Shown here: one piece after another, positions 51,407-59,570 of the stretch
Numbering within the stretch: the first letter of the stretch is position 1
Layout of the letters: each line of letters starts with the position of its first letter
Source: Terracidiphilus sp.
GTDB taxonomy: Bacteria; Acidobacteriota; Terriglobia; Terriglobales; Acidobacteriaceae
DNA: 59,570 bases
Direction: 5' to 3'
Assembly: GCA_035642355.1 (NCBI GenBank)
Contig: DASQSP010000212.1
Location: forward strand, 1 to 59,570
Position numbers and translations under genes: made by a program
The notes under the pieces: model-generated
Database searches by the model: none
What the model was told of the DNA's origin: nothing
Seen by the model: the letters and a program-made list of their open reading frames with translations, nothing else

Positions 51407-52048
51407 TTATGCGGCATTGCTGGCGTGCTTGCCCGCCACTGGAACTTTGGCGGGCTTGCGCAACACCCAGGTGGTCATGCAGCGATAGTCCTGCACGATG
51501 GTGGTCTTGAGCGGGTCGACGAGCACGCCGCCCAGCTCGCTGGTTAGGCGCAGCAGCATTCTTTCATCGACTAAAAACCACGCAGAGCCGTCGCCCACGC
51601 GATAGATGTTGGGGCGGAGCTGCTCGAAGTCCATGCCGATGCGCGAGCCGAGGCGGCAAAAGACCATGCCGCCGGGGCGAAGCACGCGCCACAGCTCTTT
51701 GAGCATGGCGAGGAAGTGCTGGCCGTCGCGCGCGAAGTGCAGGACTGAGTTGCAGAGGACGACATCGGCGAAGTCGTCGGGGAAGGGCAGCTTTTCGAGG
51801 AGCGCGACGCGGAAGTTTTCATCGGGCAGATCGGTGCCGAGCGAGACGGAGAGCTGGCGCACATGCTCCACGGCGGCGGGGTCGGCATCGACGGCGAAGA
51901 CCTCGCAGCCCTCGCGCAGCAGATGGACCAGATTGCGTCCGTAGCCGCAGCCGGCGTCGAGCACGCGCATGGGGGCGGCGATGTTGCCGCGCAAAATCTG
52001 ATCGAAGACGTAGATGTCGATCTGGCCGAACTGCTCTTGTATCGTGAT
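51407..52048 (-). CDS. Class I SAM-dependent methyltransferase (start uncertain, ATC?)
   Basis: VLDAGCGYGRN, VLHFA, LRPGG; coding-like frame continues upstream to TIQEQFGQIDIY. Confidence 0.85.
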   Translation of the reverse strand: MTIQEQFGQIDIYVFDQILRGNIAAPMRVLDAGCGYGRNLVHLLREGCEVFAVDADPAAVEHVRQLSVSLGTDLPDENFRVALLEKLPFPDDFADVVLCNSVLHFARDGQHFLAMLKELWRVLRPGGMVFCRLGSRIGMDFEQLRPNIYRVGDGSAWFLVDERMLLRLTSELGGVLVDPLKTTIVQDYRCMTTWVLRKPAKVPVAGKHASNAA

Positions 52049-52094
52049 TGGTTTCCCTGCTCTCTGGCGCCTGACTGGAGACTACGCCTGGCTC

Positions 52095-52149
52095 TGACTT
52101 ACTCTTGACTTACTCTTGACTTACTATTGACTTACTCATGACTTACTCC
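52095..52149. repeat. Five tandem 11-mers TGACTTACTCT
   Basis: Directly visible; the rightmost unit contains the tyrA stop codon. Confidence 0.95.
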
Positions 52150-53003
52150 TGGCGAAAGCGGTTGGCTTTGTCGAACTCGTCGCGCAGGTCGGGGGTGCGC
52201 AGGTTTTCGCGGATGTGCGCGAGGCGCTGCTCGAGGGCGAGCAACGCAGCCTGGATGGGCGCGGTGTTGGAGAGCGCAATGTCGCGCCACATGGAGTAAG
52301 GGCTGGCGCCGAGGCGCGTCATCTCGCGCAGGCCGCGGCCGCCCACGTCTTTCATCTCCGGCGCCTGGCCAAGGTCGTCCTCAAGAAGCGCGCTGAGCGC
52401 GGTGGCGACAAACTGCGGCAGGTGGCTGACCCATGCCACGAGCTCGTCGTGGCGTTCGGCGTCGAGGTCAATGCTGCGCGCGCCCATCGCGGCCACCCAC
52501 GCGCGCCATTCTTTGATCAGAGCTTCTGCGTGCGGCGTGCGCTGCCATGCGGGATCGTCGGTGAACAGCCACACCGCGCCGCGAAACAACTCTGCATCGG
52601 CGAGCGCCGCGCCGCCGCGTTCTTTGCCCGCCATCGGGTGTCCGGGCAGAAATGCCGCGCGGCCGGTGCGATTGAAGAGCCGATCGGCTGCGCCGGTGAT
52701 CTGCGCCTTGGTCGAGCCGACGTCGGTGATGAGATGCTCGGGGCCGAGGACGCCGGAGAACTGCTCCATCCAATCGAGGATGGCGAAGACGGGCACTGCG
52801 AGCAGCACGACCTGACTTGCGCGCGCGGCCTGGATTGGATCGGCGGCGATGGAGTCGATTGCGCCTATGCCAAGCGCGATCTGCGCCTGCTCGGGGTCAC
52901 GGTTCCAGCCAACAATGGAGCCTGTGAACCCGGATGCGCGCAAGGCCAGGCCCACCGATGCACCCAGCAGGCCCGTGCCTAGTATGGCGATGCGCTCAAT
53001 CAT
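52143..53003 (-). CDS. tyrA: Prephenate/arogenate dehydrogenase
   Basis: ILGTGLLG, DVGSTK, HPMAGKE, HD..VA.VSHLP; start at MIERIA. Confidence 0.93.
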   Translation of the reverse strand: MIERIAILGTGLLGASVGLALRASGFTGSIVGWNRDPEQAQIALGIGAIDSIAADPIQAARASQVVLLAVPVFAILDWMEQFSGVLGPEHLITDVGSTKAQITGAADRLFNRTGRAAFLPGHPMAGKERGGAALADAELFRGAVWLFTDDPAWQRTPHAEALIKEWRAWVAAMGARSIDLDAERHDELVAWVSHLPQFVATALSALLEDDLGQAPEMKDVGGRGLREMTRLGASPYSMWRDIALSNTAPIQAALLALEQRLAHIRENLRTPDLRDEFDKANRFRQE

Positions 53004-53045
53004 GCTGTTTGTATTATGCGGGGTCCGACGCGGGCATCGTGAGGA

Positions 53046-53086
53046 TCGTGCTTTCCCAGGTCTCAGAAGCGAGACCTGGGGCACCC
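53046..53086 (-). repeat. Family-B REP between aroF and tyrA
   Basis: Reverse complement GGGTGCCCCAGGTCTC...GAGACCTGGGAAAGCACG. Confidence 0.85.
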
Positions 53087-53139
53087 ATGTTTGTGCGGAT
53101 AGCAGGACCGCAAAAAACAATCGCCAGTACAAAACTTGG

Positions 53140-54156
53140 CTACAGCGCTCTGCCCACCGCCGCGGCGATGACGCGCAGCTCTGTCATCAGCTTATCGAAC
53201 TGGTCAAGGTACAAGGTCTGCGCCGCGTCCGATGCGGCCTTGTCGGCGTTGGGGTGCACCTCGACGAGGATCGCGTCTGCGCCCGCGGCCACCGCGGCCT
53301 TGGCCATCGGCGCCACCATGTCGCGGTGGCCGGTGCCGTGCGAAGGGTCGGCCACGATGGGCAGGTGCGAGAGCTTCTTCACGACCGGGATCGCGGAGAT
53401 GTCCATGGTGTTGCGCGTGGCGGTCTCATAGGTGCGGATGCCGCGCTCGCAGAGGATGATGTTGTAGTTGCCGCCGGAGAGGATGTATTCGCTCGAGAGC
53501 AGCATCTCCTCAATGCTGGCGGCGATGCCGCGCTTGAGCAGCACGGGTTTTTCGACCTGGCCCAGCTCGCGCAGCAGGTTGAAGTTCTGCATGTTGCGCG
53601 CGCCCACCTGGAAGAGATCGACAAATTGCAGCATGGGCTCGATCTGCGCGATCTCCATCACTTCGCTGACGACGAGAAGCCCGTGGGCGTCGGCGGCTTC
53701 GCGCATCAGTTCGAGGCCGGGAATGCCCATGCCCTGAAATGCGTAAGGCGAGCTGCGCGGTTTGAAAGCTCCGCCGCGCAGAAACGCTCCGCCCGCCGCT
53801 TTGACGCGCGCGGCGGTCTCGAATATCTGGTCTTTGTCTTCGATGGAGCATGGCCCCGCCATGGCGACGACCTGCGTGCCGCCGACCTTGACGCCGTTGC
53901 GGAATTCGACAACCGTGCCCTCGGGCCGGAAGCCGCGCCCGGCCAGCTTGTACGGCGCGCTGATGCGGTGCACATGCTCGACGCCCGGCAACACTTCGAA
54001 TTTGCTCAGGTCCACGGCGGACGTGGGCCCCACGCCGGCCAGAATGGTCTGGCTCGCGCCGGTGGTGCGGTGAACTCCCACGCCAGCTTCCGTCATCGCT
54101 TCGATCACGGCGTCAATCTGTTCTTCGCTGGCCTTCTCCTGCATGGCTACGATCAT
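53140..54156 (-). CDS. aroF: DAHP synthase (type I beta)
   Basis: AGPCSIE, KPRSSPY.FQG, GARNMQN, DPSH. Confidence 0.96.
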   Translation of the reverse strand: MIVAMQEKASEEQIDAVIEAMTEAGVGVHRTTGASQTILAGVGPTSAVDLSKFEVLPGVEHVHRISAPYKLAGRGFRPEGTVVEFRNGVKVGGTQVVAMAGPCSIEDKDQIFETAARVKAAGGAFLRGGAFKPRSSPYAFQGMGIPGLELMREAADAHGLLVVSEVMEIAQIEPMLQFVDLFQVGARNMQNFNLLRELGQVEKPVLLKRGIAASIEEMLLSSEYILSGGNYNIILCERGIRTYETATRNTMDISAIPVVKKLSHLPIVADPSHGTGHRDMVAPMAKAAVAAGADAILVEVHPNADKAASDAAQTLYLDQFDKLMTELRVIAAAVGRAL

Positions 54157-54500
54157 TGCTTGTTCCCTGTCTCCGGCGCCTGTGCGCCTGTGCCTTTGCC
54201 CGATTGCTCAGCGGCAGCCTGGGCGTTCCTCTCCGATGCCAACTCGTTCCTCTGCAGCGCCCGCATCACGTCGACAATGCGCTCGTAGATATGCACCAGC
54301 TCGATGTCCGGCAGTGGGCCCTGGTTGTGGGCGCGCACATTGGCGAAGATGATTTTTTCGCGGGCCGGCTCATAGACCGGCAGCGAGGTCTGCACCTTGA
54401 GGTGACCGATCATCAGCGCGGCACTGGCCCGCTCGTTGAGCAGCGCAACGAGCTTCCGGTCCAGCACATCGATTTCGGCTCGCAATTCTTCCAGCGTCAT
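54153..54500 (-). CDS. Chorismate mutase (AroQ type)
   Basis: LR.EID.LD..LV.LLNER, YEPARE. Confidence 0.9.
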   Translation of the reverse strand: MTLEELRAEIDVLDRKLVALLNERASAALMIGHLKVQTSLPVYEPAREKIIFANVRAHNQGPLPDIELVHIYERIVDVMRALQRNELASERNAQAAAEQSGKGTGAQAPETGNKQ

Positions 54501-54531
54501 TCGACTCCTCGGGTTGAAAGCTGCGATCTCG

Positions 54532-54652
54532 GGAAGTAGGTCAGTTTGAAACCGTTTTGAAAGGGCATGACTTCAGTCGTGCCGTATGCGTCGCAAAATG
54601 AGATGAGGCTTTAGCCACTGAGGGATGGGTTGTCACAAACTGACCTACTACC
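54532..54652. mobile_element. 121-bp MITE with 17-bp TIRs and 8-bp target duplication, carrying family-A REP core
   Basis: GGAAGTAGGTCAGTTTG / CAAACTGACCTACTACC (16/17), flanked by CGATCTCG and CTATCTCG. Confidence 0.88.
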
Positions 54653-54684
54653 CTATCTCGGGATACATCGACTCTGGTTTCGCT

Positions 54685-55467
54685 CTACCGGGTCAGCGCC
54701 GCCGCAGGCTGGCGCAGACCCCTGATAAATCGGGCCACCGCGCCGGGCGCTGCTTCGGGAGTCGATTTCTCGATCAGCTCCACGATTGCGCTGCCGATCA
54801 CCGCCGCATCGGCGAACTCCGCCACCTGGGCGACGTGTTCCGCGTTGGAGATGCCGAACCCCACGGCCACCGGCAGCGAAGTCCATCGCCGTATACGGGC
54901 GACCAGCGACGCGGCATCCGCGGTCATGCTCTGCTGCTTGCCGGTGATGCCGGTGCGCGAGATGGCGTAGACAAATCCCTTGCTGTGCGCGGCGATGGCC
55001 TGCAGCCGATCATCGGGGCTGGTGGGCGCGGCCAGAAAGATGGGCGCAAGATTCACGCGGGCCATTTCTGCCAGATACTCGCCCGCCTCTTCCACAATAA
55101 TGTCGGTCACCAGCACGCCATCGGCACCGGCAGCGGCTGCATCGTCTGCAAACTTGCGCAGGCCGTAGCGCAGGATGGGATTGAAGTAGCTGAAGATGAC
55201 GAGGCCGGCTGCGGGCCGCGCGGCGCGAATCTCGGCAGCGAGCGCGAGCACATCTTTGAGGCGCGTACCTTTGGACACAGCACGCTCGCTGGCGCGCTGA
55301 ATCACGGGACCGTCGGCCAGCGGATCGCTGAAGGGTACGCCGAGCTCGATCACATCCGCGCCCGCATCGATGGCCTCAAGCGCGATCGAGCGCGTGGCTT
55401 CGAGCGAGGGGTCGCCGGCGGTGAGATACACCACCAGGCCCGGTTTGTGCTGGAATTCGATCGCCAT
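54685..55467 (-). CDS. trpA: Tryptophan synthase alpha
   Basis: ELGVPFSDPLADGPVIQ, GITG, VGFGIS. Confidence 0.98.
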   Translation of the reverse strand: MAIEFQHKPGLVVYLTAGDPSLEATRSIALEAIDAGADVIELGVPFSDPLADGPVIQRASERAVSKGTRLKDVLALAAEIRAARPAAGLVIFSYFNPILRYGLRKFADDAAAAGADGVLVTDIIVEEAGEYLAEMARVNLAPIFLAAPTSPDDRLQAIAAHSKGFVYAISRTGITGKQQSMTADAASLVARIRRWTSLPVAVGFGISNAEHVAQVAEFADAAVIGSAIVELIEKSTPEAAPGAVARFIRGLRQPAAALTR

Positions 55468-55481
55468 CGGAGTTCTTCGGA

Positions 55482-56699
55482 TCACGCTCCCCGGAGGTTG
55501 AGCTCGTCGGCGAGGATGCCCATATCCTTGTCGCCGCGCCCGGAGAGGTTGACTACAAGTATGTCATGCGCGGCCATCGTCGGCGCCATGCGCAGGGCCT
55601 CGGCGACGGCGTGCGCGCTCTCGAGCGCGGGCAATATGCCTTCAGTACGCGCGAGCTTGACGACGGCCGCAAGCGCGGCGGCATCGTCCTGCGCGGTGTA
55701 CTCGGCGCGGCCGGAGTCGTGCAGCGCGGCGTGCTCCGGGCCGATGGAAGCGTAGTCGAGACCCGCCGAAACCGAATGCGTGTTGGCGATCTGGCCGTTC
55801 TCATCCTGCAGAACGTAAGAGAACGTGCCTTGCAGCACGCCGGGTTCTCCGCCGTGGAAACGCGCCGCATGCTGGCCGAGCGCGGTGCCGCAGCCGCCCG
55901 CCTCCACGCCGATGAGCCGCACCTGCTTGTCCGGGATGAACTCGTAGAAAGCGCCGATGGCGTTCGAGCCGCCGCCCACGCAAGCGACCACTGCGTGGGG
56001 CAGCCTTCCTTCCTTCTCCAAAATCTGCTCTTTGATCTCGCGGCTGATGACGCGCTGGAAGTCGCGCACCATGGTTGGATAGGGATGCGCGCCCAGCGCC
56101 GAGCCGAGGATGTAGAAGGTGGAACGGACGTTGGTGACCCAGTCGCGCATGGCCTCGCTGATGGCGTCTTTCAGCGTCTTCGAGCCGGACGACACGCTGC
56201 GCACTTCCGAGCCCAGCAGGCGCATGCGCAGCACGTTCAGATCCTGGCGGGCCATGTCCACTTCGCCCATGTAGACGATGCACTCCATGCCGAGCAGCGC
56301 GCAGACTGTGGCGGTGGCCACGCCGTGCTGGCCGGCGCCGGTCTCCGCGATGATGCGCTTTTTGCCCATGCGTTTGGCCAGCAGCGCCTGGCCGAGAGAG
56401 TTGTTGATCTTGTGCGCGCCGGTGTGCAGCAGGTCTTCGCGCTTGAGATAAATTTTTGCCCCGCCCAATTCTTCACTAAGGCGCTTAGCGAAGTAGAGCG
56501 GCGTGGGACGGCCGGCAAAGTTGTGCAGCAGGTCGGCAAGCTCGGCCTGAAAGGCCGCATCGGCCTGCGCTTCGGCATAGGCGTGCTCCAGCTCAAGCAG
56601 AGCGGCCATCAGCGTCTCCGGCACATAGCGGCCGCCGTAGACGCCGAACCGCCCGGGACGCGACTCCGACGGAGCCGATGGAAGAATGACCGATGCCAT
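55482..56699 (-). CDS. trpB: Tryptophan synthase beta
   Basis: [30 protein letters not shown]. Confidence 0.99.
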   Translation of the reverse strand: MASVILPSAPSESRPGRFGVYGGRYVPETLMAALLELEHAYAEAQADAAFQAELADLLHNFAGRPTPLYFAKRLSEELGGAKIYLKREDLLHTGAHKINNSLGQALLAKRMGKKRIIAETGAGQHGVATATVCALLGMECIVYMGEVDMARQDLNVLRMRLLGSEVRSVSSGSKTLKDAISEAMRDWVTNVRSTFYILGSALGAHPYPTMVRDFQRVISREIKEQILEKEGRLPHAVVACVGGGSNAIGAFYEFIPDKQVRLIGVEAGGCGTALGQHAARFHGGEPGVLQGTFSYVLQDENGQIANTHSVSAGLDYASIGPEHAALHDSGRAEYTAQDDAAALAAVVKLARTEGILPALESAHAVAEALRMAPTMAAHDILVVNLSGRGDKDMGILADELNLRGA

Positions 56700-56958
56700 G
56701 GAGCCCTCCTGCACCTGCGCCTGCGCGCGAAATGGGGAACCCTTCAGTGTACAGGGAAGGCGTGCGGCGGGCTGGCCGGGTTAGGTAGCATTCATGCGGT
56801 GGGCGGGCTGAATGTTGATCGACCAGTAACTGTCGAATAGCGGGTTAGCCGCCCGCAACTCGTGAATGGAGCCCGAATAGGCAACCGATACAGTGCATGG
56901 GCAGGCGATACGCGTGAAGGAGGTATACTCTTGCTGCGTCACTCCCTACAAGAGGTGC

Positions 56959-57372
56959 ATGATGAGGAGATTCGTCGTTATCGGCGTAATGCTTGTCTGT
57001 CTTTGTTCAATACATGGTCAAAAGACTCGGCTCGGGCAAACGCCGCCAACACTAGCCACTGTCCATCTACACATTTCCGCATCGCATCTCCGGCTCAACT
57101 GTAGCGGCAGCAGCATTGGCTCCGCCGGGCCTGGCGTCGAATGTGGTTACGGGCTCTATGTAGATGCGATTCTGAATGGCAAGAAGATTGAGCTATGGGG
57201 CGATTCGAAAATTGGGAAACAACGATGGGCACTCGTTGCGCCGGGCGATTACACAGCGCAGCTCACGAGTGACGAACACAACGCCGATCAATCTGTGGTT
57301 AGCCAAAACTATCGACTCCTTCTTCCTGACGGCACCACCTGGTCATGCCAGTTAAGCGGCATCATGGAATAG
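56959..57372 (+). CDS. Hypothetical secreted protein (AT-rich insert)
   Basis: GAGG RBS, signal peptide, antisense to the trp operon. Confidence 0.65.
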   Translation: MMRRFVVIGVMLVCLCSIHGQKTRLGQTPPTLATVHLHISASHLRLNCSGSSIGSAGPGVECGYGLYVDAILNGKKIELWGDSKIGKQRWALVAPGDYTAQLTSDEHNADQSVVSQNYRLLLPDGTTWSCQLSGIME

Positions 57373-57624
57373 CTTCGAAACATTGTGAACGCCTGAGATT
57401 GCGATCAACGAAAACTCAGAGGATTCCGGCAACGCCATTTACTACCGAAAGCGTCATGATCGACCACATTTGAGGGACCTACGCCGGACTAAGCTTTTGC
57501 GCATTCGGGGTTGTTTGTCCCCGATCCGGAAATAGCTCACGAGTAAACACTCTGGAAGTGGAAGGTCCAATTGTAGCGGCAAATGGGCCAGCTGGCCCCT
57601 AAGGAAATGCGGACGGCGACGGTT

Positions 57625-57924
57625 TCAGGCCGCCTTGTTCACGCGCACGCTCACGCGCAGGCCGGCGGCGGTGAGCATGTTCACCAGCATGTCGATGCTG
57701 AAGAGATTGATTTTGCCGCGCATGAGGTTGGAGATGCGCGGCTGCGAGACGCCGAACGCTTCTGCGGCTGCAGTTGGGCTGAGGCCCTCGCGCTCGATGT
57801 GGCGCTTGAGCGCGAGCATGAGAGACGAACGTAGTTTGAGGTTCGCCGCCTCCGTCGGAGATTTCTCGATAGCGTCCCACACGCTTGCGTGGCGCGTGTT
57901 CGGCTTACGCGTAAACGAGGGCAC
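57625..57924 (-). CDS. Orphan HigA-like XRE (HTH_37) protein
   Basis: SVWDAI..SPTEAANLKLRS, GVSQPRISNL.RGKI..FSID.L. Confidence 0.88.
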   Translation of the reverse strand: MPSFTRKPNTRHASVWDAIEKSPTEAANLKLRSSLMLALKRHIEREGLSPTAAAEAFGVSQPRISNLMRGKINLFSIDMLVNMLTAAGLRVSVRVNKAA

Positions 57925-57962
57925 ATTCAGAATTATTTAGAACTTTATATAAATCGAATGCG

Positions 57963-58733
57963 CTATTCGCTCTCGGCGCGGGCGTTGGCGATGAAGGCGC
58001 GCACCTTGGCGGGGTCTTTGCGGCCGGGCGCGGCTTCCACACCGCTGACGACATCGACACCCCAGGGACGCAGTGTGGCAATGGCCTCCGCCACGTTTTC
58101 CGGGTTGAGGCCGCCGGCGGCGATCATCTTCGCGTTACCGCGAAAGAGGGTTTGCGAGGCGCTGGCCCAGTCGAAGGCGATGCCGGTGCCGCCGACGGCG
58201 GTTGCGGTGCGCGAGTCGATGAGGATGCCGTCTATATTTGTGTCAGCGGCCAGTGCGGCGGCTTGCTGTGCGGCGTCCGCGCCGAAGTGAACCACGCTCA
58301 GAATGCGCAGCGCTCGTCCGAACTGCGCGCCGAACTGAGCGCGGAGTTCGGCGGGCAGCTTATTGATCCGGGAAGTAAATAGTGTTGTGCTTTCCCACCC
58401 ATCGCGCATAGAACGCGCGATGGGTAGGGCACCCAAGTCGCGGTATTTAATTGCCGGATCTATAGGCGCGGCACCGGAGTGAAGCTGCACGCCGGTGAGG
58501 CCGGCGACGCGGACGGCCGCTGCAATTTCATCGAGAGACGCGTCGACGAAGACGCCAATTTTCTCAATCTGCGCAGGCAGGTGCGGGGTGATGGCTGCGA
58601 CCTGATCAGCCTTTACGCGGCGCGGACTGGGCGCGAAGACGAAACCAACCGCATCCGCTCCCGCGTCGGCCGCAAGCTCGGCGTCAGCGAGAGAGGTATT
58701 GCCGCAAATTTTGATCCAGAGAGGCATAAGCAT
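57963..58733 (-). CDS. trpF: Phosphoribosylanthranilate isomerase with 34-aa in-frame insertion
   Basis: KICG.T, GFVF..SPR, VQLH, GGTG..FDW, AGGLNPENV, DVVSGVE..PG.KD. Confidence 0.96.
   Translation of the reverse strand: MLMPLWIKICGNTSLADAELAADAGADAVGFVFAPSPRRVKADQVAAITPHLPAQIEKIGVFVDASLDEIAAAVRVAGLTGVQLHSGAAPIDPAIKYRDLGALPIARSMRDGWESTTLFTSRINKLPAELRAQFGAQFGRALRILSVVHFGADAAQQAAALAADTNIDGILIDSRTATAVGGTGIAFDWASASQTLFRGNAKMIAAGGLNPENVAEAIATLRPWGVDVVSGVEAAPGRKDPAKVRAFIANARAESE
58361..58464. mobile_element. TA-flanked MITE (IS630-like ends) carrying family-B REP, in frame in trpF
   Basis: TATTGATCCGGGAAGTAAAT / ATTTAATTGCCGGATCTATA (17/20 inverted match); net 102 bp. Confidence 0.88.
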
Positions 58734-58738
58734 GTTGA

Positions 58739-59170
58739 TTAGAGGATAAGCGGGCCGGCATCGGCGGCAAAGGGGTTCAGGACGCGCACACCTGTGCCTT
58801 CAAAGTGGCTGACGTTGTGGGTGACGACGCTGAGATCGTAAACCAGCGCCATGGCGGCCAGTTGCTTGTCAATTGGGTTTTGGGTGTCGATGCTCATCAG
58901 TTGTCCCCAGGTCTCCGCGCAGGTGAGATCGAAGGCCAGAATGCGCGCAGCAAAATCTTCGTGGACGGTCTGGAGCCAGACTTCCAGGCTGGCTGCCTGG
59001 GGCTGATCGCCGCGGCGGCGCAGGCGCTCGATGCCGCCACGCAGCTCTCCAATGACGAAGACGGGCACGAAGATCTCGTGTTCTTTACGGTCTACAAACT
59101 CGGCGACTCCCGGATCGGCCCGCCTGCCTTTGCGGCGCTCACTCAGAACATTCGTATCAACCAGGTACAT
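58739..59170 (-). CDS. vapC: VapC/FitB PIN-domain toxin
   Basis: YLVDTNVLSE, GEL..G, D..LAA.A, VTHN..HF, NPF. Confidence 0.93.
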   Translation of the reverse strand: MYLVDTNVLSERRKGRRADPGVAEFVDRKEHEIFVPVFVIGELRGGIERLRRRGDQPQAASLEVWLQTVHEDFAARILAFDLTCAETWGQLMSIDTQNPIDKQLAAMALVYDLSVVTHNVSHFEGTGVRVLNPFAADAGPLIL

Positions 59171-59172
59171 GA

Positions 59173-59385
59173 TTATCCGCGCGGAAAGACGAAGTCTTCG
59201 TCGTTGCCGACGTTGGGCATGGCGGCGAGGACTTCATTGAATGAGCGTTTACGCGGCTGCAGCAGAGCGGCCTTGAGGATGGCGCGGTGCTCGGCTTCGG
59301 CGCTGCGGCCGTTGCGGGCGGCCTGCTCCTTGAGAGACTGCACGACGTTTTCTTCCACGTTCCGAACAACCAAGCTAGTCGGCAT
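59173..59385 (-). CDS. FitA-like RHH antitoxin
   Basis: LVVRNV...LK.QAARNGRSAEAEHR.IL; GGAGG RBS. Confidence 0.9.
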   Translation of the reverse strand: MPTSLVVRNVEENVVQSLKEQAARNGRSAEAEHRAILKAALLQPRKRSFNEVLAAMPNVGNDEDFVFPRG

Positions 59386-59398
59386 GGTGCGCCTCCGG

Positions 59399-59445
59399 TG
59401 ATTGCACTGATTGCATTCTAGCACGAAATGCAATCATTGCAATCA
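59399..59445. promoter_or_regulatory. Inverted-repeat operator of FitA/VapC module
   Basis: TGATTGCACTGATTGCATT-N9-AATGCAATCATTGCAATCA (18/19). Confidence 0.75.
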
Positions 59446-59568
59446 TTTCGTGGCGGGTGCAACGGTTCCGGCAAGCAGCGACTCCAGCGCCGCGCCGGGG
59501 TCGGGCTGGCGCATCAGGCTCTCGCCGATCAGCAGCGCGTCAAAGCCGGCGGCGTGCAGGAGGGCCGC
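59443..59568 (-). CDS. trpC: Indole-3-glycerol phosphate synthase, 3' end (truncated by window)
   Basis: AGFDALLIGESLMRQPDPG C-terminal motif; operon position. Confidence 0.88.
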   Translation of the reverse strand, partial: AALLHAAGFDALLIGESLMRQPDPGAALESLLAGTVAPATK

Positions 59569-59570
59569 GT

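Noticed and set aside
53004-53132. N-terminal extension of tyrA through a REP (fourth coding insertion)
   Set aside because: The Rossmann motif follows MIERIA directly, so the upstream open frame is likely fortuitous and the REP intergenic.

Overview
GC-rich chromosomal segment, most likely from an Acidobacteriaceae member (inferred from gene content and protein style). Housekeeping blocks: the atpF'FHAGDC part of the ATP synthase operon, bshC, cspA, polX, citrate synthase, plsC-folC-sod, a glucoamylase plus pentose-phosphate cluster (tkt, rpiB, HAD, gnd, zwf), an ECF sigma/anti-sigma/PDZ module, bactofilin and a trpC-F-B-A-CM-aroF-tyrA operon. Accessory parts: an IS5-family end, a REP-associated HUH tyrosine transposase (RAYT), a NYN RNase with a structured leader, two TA pairs, an orphan antitoxin and a divergent pair of giant Ig-repeat surface proteins. 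The most striking feature is a system of small palindromic elements. Two REP-like core families are scattered through the window. Several cores sit inside 100-180 bp miniature elements that carry four different terminal-inverted-repeat types. Copies lie in frame inside folC (two sites), trpF and an RNase H gene. Removing the trpF copy in silico restores a normal-looking sequence. Period-7 inverted repeat arrays occupy many intercistronic gaps. All calls come from reading the sequence; no searches were run.
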